From: Gammaproteobacteria bacterium
GTDB lineage: Bacteria > Pseudomonadota > Gammaproteobacteria > Eutrophobiales > Eutrophobiaceae
Direction of reading: 5' to 3'
Length of the DNA: 64,000 nt
NCBI GenBank assembly: GCA_965116585.1
Contig: OZ220714.1
Span: forward strand, 159,651-223,650
Part shown: positions 51,162 to 59,108 of the stretch, one piece after another
Layout of the letters: each line of letters starts with the position of its first letter
Position numbering within the stretch: position 1 is the first letter of the stretch
Notes under the pieces: model-generated
Told to the model about the DNA's origin: nothing
What the model saw: only the letters and a program-made list of their open reading frames with translations
Database searches by the model: none
Position numbers and translations under genes: made by a program

Positions 51162-52528
51162 CCGGTAAGCCCTTGGTAAGACGGCGCGTCAGGGCGTTTG
51201 CGCAAGGTAACCGGCATCCCGTGTTTCAACCGGTACAACACCAGGGTGCTTACCTCGGGAAACTCATCCGATACCAACTCAACACGCCAGCGCTGACAGA
51301 CAGTCGCCAGGGTCAATACGCCTTCCATCCTGGCAAAGTTCTGGCCAATACAACTGCGCGGCCCTCCACCGAAGGGAAGATAGGCGCGTTTTGTACGATC
51401 CTGTGCCCGGGTTTCCAACCAGCGTTCCGGTTTGAATTGCCCGGCTTGCGGATAATATTTCTCATCCAGGCGCGGCGCCAGGATCAGCGGTTGTACCACG
51501 GTACCTTGAGGAACGTGGTAGCCGCCGATGGTGCAGTCTTCCAACGCACGCCGCCCCAGCATGTGCAGGGAGGAACTGAGGCGCAGGGATTCATCGAAGA
51601 CGGCGCGGGTGTATCCCAGCTTTGCATAATCCGCTACCATCGGTGGGCCGCCCTGCAGTACCTCAGCGATTTCCTGTTCCATTTTTTCCCGCACTGCCGG
51701 GTTGCGACTGAGATGATAAAAGCACCAGCTCATGGCAGTGGCGATCGTTTCATGACCGGCCATGATCTGCATATATGCCTCATCTCTGACTTCCTCATCT
51801 GTCAATGGCTGTTCAATGCCTTCCTCATCAGTGGCATGGACCAGCAATGACACCAGATCGCCGCGTGCCTGGCCTTTTTCCCGGGCCTTTCTGATAATAT
51901 CTTTAATTGTTTCATCCAGTTTTTTGAAATACGGATTATGGCGACGGAGCCATGGCAGGGTAAATCGCAGTATCAGTTTGCCAAACGGCATATTGGTAAG
52001 GATGACGCTCCGTTCCAGCGCGATCAGGACTTCCTTGATGACATTCGGGTCAAATTCCACGTCGCTCCCGAAAAAGGTTTTGGCAATTACGTTCTGGGAA
52101 TGAGACAGCATGAGCGCTTCAATATCGGCATCATCCCCGTTGCGCCAGTCCTGCTGCAATACAACGGCTTGCTCGATCATTTTCTCCGCATAGCCTTCCA
52201 GCGCTTTCCTGAAAAAAACCGGTTGTATCAGCTTGCGCAGACGTTTATGGGCAGCTCCATCAGAGGTAATACTGGTTGGATTTTCAAATCCTGCCTTGAA
52301 AGCAGGCCCTTTTTCAAATGATGCAGCCTGTTTGACCAGCACCTGATCGATCAGGTCTGCATCGAACACAATACAAAAACGCATGAAGAACATACGAAAA
52401 CAAACTATCTCTCCATAGCGTTTACGTAGTGACAGGTAGAACCCCAGGGTATCCTGCAACCGGCGTAACAGGCTGACAAAACCAATGCCACCCGGACCAG
52501 GTGGAAGTTTTTTGGTATCGGTCATCAT
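51158..52528 (-). CDS. Cytochrome P450 (paralog A)
   Basis: PPGP hinge, AGHET I-helix, ESLR, PERW, PFGGGPRSCIG heme motif. Confidence 0.95.
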   Translation of the reverse strand: MMTDTKKLPPGPGGIGFVSLLRRLQDTLGFYLSLRKRYGEIVCFRMFFMRFCIVFDADLIDQVLVKQAASFEKGPAFKAGFENPTSITSDGAAHKRLRKLIQPVFFRKALEGYAEKMIEQAVVLQQDWRNGDDADIEALMLSHSQNVIAKTFFGSDVEFDPNVIKEVLIALERSVILTNMPFGKLILRFTLPWLRRHNPYFKKLDETIKDIIRKAREKGQARGDLVSLLVHATDEEGIEQPLTDEEVRDEAYMQIMAGHETIATAMSWCFYHLSRNPAVREKMEQEIAEVLQGGPPMVADYAKLGYTRAVFDESLRLSSSLHMLGRRALEDCTIGGYHVPQGTVVQPLILAPRLDEKYYPQAGQFKPERWLETRAQDRTKRAYLPFGGGPRSCIGQNFARMEGVLTLATVCQRWRVELVSDEFPEVSTLVLYRLKHGMPVTLRKRPDAPSYQGLTG

Positions 52529-52690
52529 TCCATACTCAATATCTTGTGCAACACACTCAACTATGACAGGCGGACCTGCATAGCATGCCATTGGTCTGGT
52601 ATTATGCAGTCTTTACTCCATTGGGTAAAGTTTTTATAATCAAGGCGTTCCCAGTCAGTTCCGGTCTTCACATCGGCGTCCGGCTGACGA

Positions 52691-52706
52691 GGGGGGGGGG
52701 GGGGGG
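52691..52706 (+). repeat. G16 homopolymer in the divergent P450 intergenic region
   Basis: 16 consecutive G, ending 17 nt before the P450 B start codon. Confidence 0.9.
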
Positions 52707-52723
52707 ACTCATTAATCAATCTA

Positions 52724-54112
52724 ATGTACATGAGTGAGCTCAAATCAGTGCAGGTGGAGCGACCAGTGAATAAACGACTACCCCCAGGGCCGAAAGACTT
52801 GGGCCTGTTACGCCTGGTAAAGATTTTCTCCAACAAGTTCCAGCTATTTGAGCAGCTCAGGAAGGACTATGGTGAGGTCGTGTACTACAGGGTACTGCGT
52901 TTCAGGCATTGTTTGTTGTCTGATCCCGACCTGATACGTGAAGTGCATGTTGCCAGGCGTTCATCTTTTCATAAAGCACCCTTCCAAAAGAATCTACTGA
53001 TTTTTTCCAATCCAACCTCGGTGACGGCCGACGGGCAAGACCACGTCCGGCAACGCAAGCTGATCCAGGGATCATTTCGTCATGCGCGCATCATGGAATA
53101 CGCCAGGGAAATGAATGTGGAAATTAACGCATTGCAGTCTCAATGGCGCACCGGAGATACGTATGACCTTGCTCATGAAATGCATAAACTGGCATTGAAC
53201 ATCGTCTGTGCCACTTTTTTCGGGCGCGACATCAATATTCCAACCTCGCTTACTGAAGATACGCTGAAAACGCTGCAATGGACCGGCAAGTTGACGATAC
53301 TGCCATTCGGGTTAGGGAAAATTGTGGCGCGGCTGCCCCTGCCCGGCAACCGCTTTCGGGAGCGGACATGCAAGGCAATGGATAAACTGATTTACAAGGT
53401 GATAGAAAAAGCTCGCAACGATGAACAGCGCACAGACCTGATCTCACAACTGACACGCGCGACTGACGAAGAGGGGAAGGAACGCCCGCTGACCGATGAG
53501 GAGGTACGGGACGAAGCTTACGTGATGATAATGGCCGGACACGAAACCTCGGCAAACTCGCTTGCCTGGACGTTTTATCATTTGAGCCAAAATCCGGCTG
53601 TGCGGTTACGGCTTGAGGCTGAAGTCGACGAGGTGCTTGGTGATCGGCCACCAACGCCGGACGACTACAAAAGACTGCCCTACACCATGGCAGTGTTTAT
53701 GGAATCACTGCGCGTTGCGGCGCCAACTTATTGCGGCATGCGCAGGGCAATCGAAGACTGTGAAATTGGAGATTATTTTATCCCCAGGAATACGATAATG
53801 TGTCTCTTCTGGCGCGGGGCGCACATGAACGAGAAGTATTTCCCACGGGCGTCGGAATTTCGACCGGAACGGTGGCTGGAAGATACGGTGGAAGGTCAGG
53901 ATAATGACGCTTACTTTCCGTTTGGTGGCGGCAAGCGCACCTGTCCGGGCGCGACCTTTGCCAAGATGGAAGCCGTCCTTGCCATCGCCGTCATAGTCCG
54001 GCGTTGGCGTATCAATCCCGTGTCCGATGACTATCCGGCAGTCTCAACACTGGCCTTCTACAGGTTCAAGCACGGACTCCCGGTCACAATCGAGAAACGA
54101 CAGATAACATGA
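52724..54112 (+). CDS. Cytochrome P450 (paralog B)
   Basis: PPGP, AGHET, ESLR, PERW, PFGGGKRTCPG. Confidence 0.95.
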   Translation: MYMSELKSVQVERPVNKRLPPGPKDLGLLRLVKIFSNKFQLFEQLRKDYGEVVYYRVLRFRHCLLSDPDLIREVHVARRSSFHKAPFQKNLLIFSNPTSVTADGQDHVRQRKLIQGSFRHARIMEYAREMNVEINALQSQWRTGDTYDLAHEMHKLALNIVCATFFGRDINIPTSLTEDTLKTLQWTGKLTILPFGLGKIVARLPLPGNRFRERTCKAMDKLIYKVIEKARNDEQRTDLISQLTRATDEEGKERPLTDEEVRDEAYVMIMAGHETSANSLAWTFYHLSQNPAVRLRLEAEVDEVLGDRPPTPDDYKRLPYTMAVFMESLRVAAPTYCGMRRAIEDCEIGDYFIPRNTIMCLFWRGAHMNEKYFPRASEFRPERWLEDTVEGQDNDAYFPFGGGKRTCPGATFAKMEAVLAIAVIVRRWRINPVSDDYPAVSTLAFYRFKHGLPVTIEKRQIT

Positions 54113-54152
54113 GCAGCCCCGTATTACAGGACTGCTTGTGCGGGGCGCCGTA

Positions 54153-55341
54153 ATGACCACACTGGAAGTACCTGCTGCTTACCGTCCCGGTTATGCACGC
54201 GCATGCCAGGTTAACCCGGAACTGGCGCGCCTGTATATCAAACATACCACTGTTGGCGACCCGCTTGCTGATGCGCTGATGCAAGCCCTGTCCGGGCTGA
54301 GCCCGCAGGAGGAGAACCGTCTTATCATGGCCGGGATGCACAATGACAAGCGCGTGCTGGCGCAGGCGCCTGCGCCCCTGGTCGATTTTTTTGAAGAGCT
54401 GAAACAACCCCCTCCGTGGTTTGACCCGCAGCGATTCGATGCCGGTTGCCGTACCTTTCATACGCATTCGGATTTGTTCATGCCCGCGTTTTTCCTGGTG
54501 ACAGTGCTGAACGCGACCAGCCTGATTGCCAAGTCATTCTACGCCACCGGCCGCGTGATGAGCGGTTTTGGCGCGCGTCGCATCCGCCAGAACGTCCGGC
54601 ATTTTGTGGAAATCATGCTGCCCGGCGCCCTGGAAGACCAGGGGGACGGATGGCGGTTATCCGTGCGCATCCGCCTGGTGCACGCCCGTCTCAGGAAGTT
54701 GATCAAAGAAGGAGGGGGGGGGAAATGAATGGGACGAGGCTGCATGGGGTACACCAATCAGTGCCGCAAACCTGGGGCTGGCCTCAGCCAATTTCTCCGC
54801 CACCATGTTGTTGTTCGCGCGTAAACTCGGTGCACTGATGGACCGGGAAACACGCGACAGTTTCATGCAGATATGGCGTTACGCTTCCTACCTGATCGGC
54901 ACTCCCGAAGCCCTGCTGTTTGAGGGAGACGAAGCAAAAACCCGTGAGTTCCAGCGCATTACCGACCTGTGTGAACCACCACCGTCCAAAGAATCAAAAA
55001 TCATCGCCAACGCACTGGTACATGGCCTGCCGGAAATAGCCGGCAAAATTCATCCGGCCGAGCAGGAAAAAATGATGAAACACGTATTCCGGGTGGCGCG
55101 CGCGGTACTGGGGCACAAGTTGTCAGACCAGCTTTCATTCCCCCCCTGCAATACCATAGGGTTCTTGCCAACCCTGCGCCTGCTGCGCCAGACCTACGGT
55201 CTATCCCACAAGGTCGCCCCGGACTTTGCCGACAAGTGGCGCGGTCAGAACTTTGTATTTTTGCTCGAAGCCTCCATGCTGGATGATGTCAGGTATCAAC
55301 TGCCGAACCATGTGCGGGTAGAGCATTCTATTGAGTATTAA
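54153..55341 (+). pseudogene. MpaB/DUF2236 (Lcp-like) heme oxygenase, frameshifted at a G9 tract
   Basis: ORF1 has GDPLAD, PPWFD, IAKSFYATG and VRIRLVHARLR. A second frame continues EWDEAAWGTPIS...WRYASYLIG. One extra G in 54714-54722 separates the two halves (phase variation or sequencing error). Confidence 0.8.
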
Positions 55342-55442
55342 CCTGTCATTTAACGGACAATAATGCTCCAACAAGGCCTGGCGGGGACAATCTTCATCCT
55401 GCCCATCCGTCCCCGAAATTTACACAGAAAAAGAGTATCAGG

Positions 55443-55886
55443 CTATCCCACCAATAATATCCTGGTCATTTCACCCATTAAAACCATCAGGACGGCCGTG
55501 CTCAGGCCGAATACCGTCAGACGGTGCCAAACTTGGTTATAAGTCACATGAATCAAGCTGTGGATGATGCGCAGCGCAACATAGGCCCAGGCCAGACTGA
55601 CAGTGAGACTATTGGCGCCCCCGGCAAGGTACAGCAGGATACAGACCAGGTAATACAGCACCGGCATCTCGAACAGATTGACAATGTTGCGGTTTGCCTG
55701 GGAGACATACGGCGGCACGGTATCAGGCTCGCCTACGGTGTATTCCGAGAGATCGACACCTTTGTTCAAGGACGGACTCAAGCGCCGGCAGGCCACCAGC
55801 GCCAACATGATGGCGGTCCACCAGGCCAGCGCGATCATGGGGTAGAACAGTTCCATGCCGGAATGGTACAGAATGGGATTATTCAT
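55443..55886 (-). CDS. MAPEG family membrane protein
   Basis: NIVNLFEMPVLYY, AWAYVALRIIHSLIH, R...F; AGGAGA RBS. Confidence 0.85.
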   Translation of the reverse strand: MNNPILYHSGMELFYPMIALAWWTAIMLALVACRRLSPSLNKGVDLSEYTVGEPDTVPPYVSQANRNIVNLFEMPVLYYLVCILLYLAGGANSLTVSLAWAYVALRIIHSLIHVTYNQVWHRLTVFGLSTAVLMVLMGEMTRILLVG

Positions 55887-55950
55887 GGTATATCTCCTGT
55901 GGATTGTCGTTGGTGTACACTATAGCCTTAAAAACCTGGTGGGGGTACAG

Positions 55951-56667
55951 ATGAGTACATTCGTTTTAATCCACGGCGCATTTTCCGGTGGCTGGAGTTG
56001 GGATGCGGTGCGGGGACCATTGACACAGGCCGGACACGAGGTGATTACCCCCGACCTGCCCGGCCAGGGGGATGATCAAACTCCTCTGTCTGAAGTGGGC
56101 CTGGACAGTTATTGCCAAAGGGTCATTGAAGTCCTGGACCGGCAGGCAGAACCCGTGCTACTGGTGGGTCACAGCCTGGGGGGTATCTCCATCTCCCAGG
56201 CTGCAGAACACCGGCCTGACAAGGTCAAAATGCTGGTTTACGTCGCCGCGTTCCTGCTGCCGCACGGGAGTTCGCCCAAACATTTCTGGAGCAACCAGTC
56301 CATCACCTCGCCGGTCATGAGCCATTGCGACGTCAGCGCGGACGGCGTAGTCAGCTTTCGCAAGGAGCATATCGCCGAACTTATCTACAATACCTCAGCG
56401 CCCGCCGCGGCGCAGAAAGCCGCCCACCGGCAACGCCCCATGGCGCGCAAACCCCTGGGGACACCCCTGCAACTGAGCGAGGAGAACTTCGGGCGGGTGC
56501 CGCGGGTGTATTTCGAAGCGCTGGAAGACCGGGCAGTGCCCATCGAATGCCAGCGCCAGATGGTGCAGGCCCTGCCGTGCGAGAAAGTCGTTACGTTTGC
56601 CACCGACCATGCACCCATGGCCTCCGCCCCGGAGCAGTTCGTCACGGAACTGCTGGCGCTGGCATAA
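55951..56667 (+). CDS. Alpha/beta hydrolase (methylesterase/salicylate esterase-like)
   Basis: FVLIHGA, DLPG, GHSLGG nucleophile, EDRA and TDHAP catalytic Asp/His. Confidence 0.9.
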   Translation: MSTFVLIHGAFSGGWSWDAVRGPLTQAGHEVITPDLPGQGDDQTPLSEVGLDSYCQRVIEVLDRQAEPVLLVGHSLGGISISQAAEHRPDKVKMLVYVAAFLLPHGSSPKHFWSNQSITSPVMSHCDVSADGVVSFRKEHIAELIYNTSAPAAAQKAAHRQRPMARKPLGTPLQLSEENFGRVPRVYFEALEDRAVPIECQRQMVQALPCEKVVTFATDHAPMASAPEQFVTELLALA

Positions 56668-56680
56668 CCCGCATGCCTGA

Positions 56681-57889
56681 CTAGAGCAACCAGTGCGTCG
56701 TCGGCAGATTCAGGCGCAGCTTGCCGTAAACGTCCTTGATGATCCCCTCGTGCATGGCTTCGTGCATGGACATGGCGTTAATGTCGCGCTGGTAGCGTTG
56801 CATGCGGCTGCGCTCATGCAGGGTTGAACCACCGGAGTCCTGGAACAGGAGATTCACCACCTCCCGGCACATGTGCATAGCCTGCACGCCATACAGCCTG
56901 ATACGCGCCCGGTCTGCGGCGCTCAATATCCGGGTATTATTGATGGCGGCCTCGTAACACAGGTCACAGGCATGGTCGGTCAACAACCTGGCCGCGGCCA
57001 GTTTTGCCGTGGCGTCGGCCAGCGTTTGATGGGTTGCGGGCAGGTGTTTTTTGGGGACTTTGTCGGTATAGACCATGGGCCGGTCCGAACGGGTCTGCAA
57101 CAACTCCTCGTAATATTCCAGCGCACCGGTTGCCGCGCCCAGGGTGGTGCCGGCGCTGAGTGACAGTACCAGCAAGGGCGCGAACGGCGCCCGGTACAGC
57201 AAGGGCCGCCACGTTCCCAGCTTGTGCGCCAAAGCGGTTTCCGCCTTCAGCACCCTGTGTTCCGGCACAAAGCATTCATCATTTTTCAGGCGCACACTGT
57301 TGCTGCCGGTCGCGCGCAGGCCCGTTACGTGCCAGTCATCGTTGCGCGCGATGTCTTCCGGCGGCACCAGGAAAAACGCCTTGTCGTGGCCGGGCGGCAG
57401 GCCGGGCAGTTGCACACCCAGCACAAACCAGTCCGCATGATGGCAGCCGGAACCAAACGGCCAGATACTGTTCTTCAACAGGTAACCGCCGTCGACGCGG
57501 GTCGCCGTGCTGCGATCCGGCAGGATGCCACTGAGGCCGGCATTGGGGTCGGCGCCGAACACGTCCTGCTGGGCCTGTTCCGGAAACAGCGCCACTACGA
57601 AGGTATGGCAGCACATCACGCTGTACACCCAGCTTGAGGAAGGACAGCCTTTGGCAAGCTCGGCGGCAATGCGCCAGAAATAACGGGGATGCAGTTCATA
57701 GCCGCCAAAGCGCGCCGGCGTGTAGGCGCGCAACAGATCAGCATCCTTCATGGCGCGGAACGATTCCGCATGGATATGCCGCTGTTGCTCGGCCGCGCCC
57801 GCCCTGGCGTCCAGGTCAACGGCGATAGCCCTGGCCCGATCAATCAGGGTTGCAGCCAGCTCCCGTTGATCATCCGGGACGGTGTTCAT
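56681..57889 (-). CDS. Two-component flavin-dependent monooxygenase, oxygenase subunit (acyl-CoA dehydrogenase fold, HsaA-like)
   Basis: P.RFGGYE, CPSSSW, WPFGSGC, DDWHVTGLRATGS, FVPEHR, MQRYQRD. Confidence 0.85.
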   Translation of the reverse strand: MNTVPDDQRELAATLIDRARAIAVDLDARAGAAEQQRHIHAESFRAMKDADLLRAYTPARFGGYELHPRYFWRIAAELAKGCPSSSWVYSVMCCHTFVVALFPEQAQQDVFGADPNAGLSGILPDRSTATRVDGGYLLKNSIWPFGSGCHHADWFVLGVQLPGLPPGHDKAFFLVPPEDIARNDDWHVTGLRATGSNSVRLKNDECFVPEHRVLKAETALAHKLGTWRPLLYRAPFAPLLVLSLSAGTTLGAATGALEYYEELLQTRSDRPMVYTDKVPKKHLPATHQTLADATAKLAAARLLTDHACDLCYEAAINNTRILSAADRARIRLYGVQAMHMCREVVNLLFQDSGGSTLHERSRMQRYQRDINAMSMHEAMHEGIIKDVYGKLRLNLPTTHWLL

Positions 57890-57897
57890 GCCGCGGT

Positions 57898-58134
57898 TCA
57901 GAGCGCGTTGTGCGAACCGTCACAGAGATGGCCGTTGCCACTGCGCTTGCAACCGCACAACCACTGCGTTGCGGTCTCCGCCACCTCAAAGCGCACCGGC
58001 GTAAAGTCAGTGCCGGAATGTGACCCGTCACAAAACGGCTGATTGGCAGAACGACCGCACTTACACCAGAAATAAACCCCGGTCTCAAGCTCAATCGCAT
58101 AAGGATACTTCTGCGGGCAATCCGGATCAGTCAT
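57898..58134 (-). CDS. CDGSH iron-sulfur protein (two CDGSH motifs, MiNT/CISD3-like)
   Basis: WCKCGRSANQPFCDGSH and LCGCKRSGNGHLCDGSH. Confidence 0.92.
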   Translation of the reverse strand: MTDPDCPQKYPYAIELETGVYFWCKCGRSANQPFCDGSHSGTDFTPVRFEVAETATQWLCGCKRSGNGHLCDGSHNAL

Positions 58135-58198
58135 GATATCCCCCCCGTTGTTGGCTGTTCGACCGGAAAATCATCTCATAATGGAAGGGTTTGGGCAA

Positions 58199-58360
58199 GG
58201 AATTGAGAATTAGGAATTGGGAATGAGGTCAAGTGGAGCGTTGTCATTAAATACACAGCCGCCGCAGGCGGCACATTCATTCCTAATTCTTAATTTTTAA
58301 TTCCTAATTCTTAACCCCATTCCTAATTCCTAATTCCTAATTCCTAATTCCCAATTCCCA
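58199..58360. repeat. Inverted heptamer tandem-repeat element C
   Basis: GGAATT(A/G) arm at 58199-58225, palindrome gccgcc-gca-ggcggc at 58258-58272, two TAATTCC arms at 58279-58360. Confidence 0.9.
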
Positions 58361-59108
58361 ACCCCCTTCTTCTGATCTCAAACAGACACACCCCCGTAGC
58401 AACAGACAGATTCAGGCTTTCCACCGAGCCGTGCATCGGAATTTTTACCAGGTGATCGCAGTGCTCTCGGGTGTTGCGGCGCAGGCCAGCGTGTTCCGAG
58501 CCCATGACTAGGACCAGGGGGAAGTGGACGTCAAGCTCGTACAAGCTGGTCCCGGTGCTGCCGCTGGCGCCGATGACCTGACAGCCGGCGTCGCGTAACC
58601 GGCGCAAGCTGCGCGCCAGGTTGGTGACCGTGATGATGTTGATACTTTCCATGGCGCCGCTGGCTACCTTGCTCACGGTGGCGTTCAGGGGTGCGCTGTG
58701 GTCTTTGGGCAGGATCACGGCTGCCGCGCCGGCCGCGTCTGCGCTCCTGATGCAGGCGCCGAGGTTATGCGGGTCCAGTACCCGGTCCAGCGCCAGGATG
58801 AGCGCGGGCTGTTCCGTCAGTCCGGCACACAGGTCATCCAGGGTCATACGTTGTTCCCGGCTGTCCGTCCGGCATCTTGCCGCGATGCCCTGGTGCTTGC
58901 CGGCGCCGGTCAACCTGTCAAGTTTTGGCCGGGCAATGGGCTGAACCGAAATGGAATTGCGCTCACATACGCCCAGCAAGTCATCCAGTTTTGCGGAGCG
59001 CCCCCTGCCGGTGGCGATATACACCTCCAGCACGTCATGGGAACGTCGCGCCAGCACATGCCGGACGGCATGGTAGCCACAGATGAACTCGATATTTTTC
59101 GTCCGCAT
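58344..59108 (-). CDS. rlmB: 23S rRNA (Gm2251) 2'-O-methyltransferase
   Basis: HQGIAA, DPHNLGACIRSADAAG, MGSEHAG, IPMHGSVESLNLSVA. Confidence 0.95.
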   Translation of the reverse strand: MRTKNIEFICGYHAVRHVLARRSHDVLEVYIATGRGRSAKLDDLLGVCERNSISVQPIARPKLDRLTGAGKHQGIAARCRTDSREQRMTLDDLCAGLTEQPALILALDRVLDPHNLGACIRSADAAGAAAVILPKDHSAPLNATVSKVASGAMESINIITVTNLARSLRRLRDAGCQVIGASGSTGTSLYELDVHFPLVLVMGSEHAGLRRNTREHCDHLVKIPMHGSVESLNLSVATGVCLFEIRRRGLGIGN

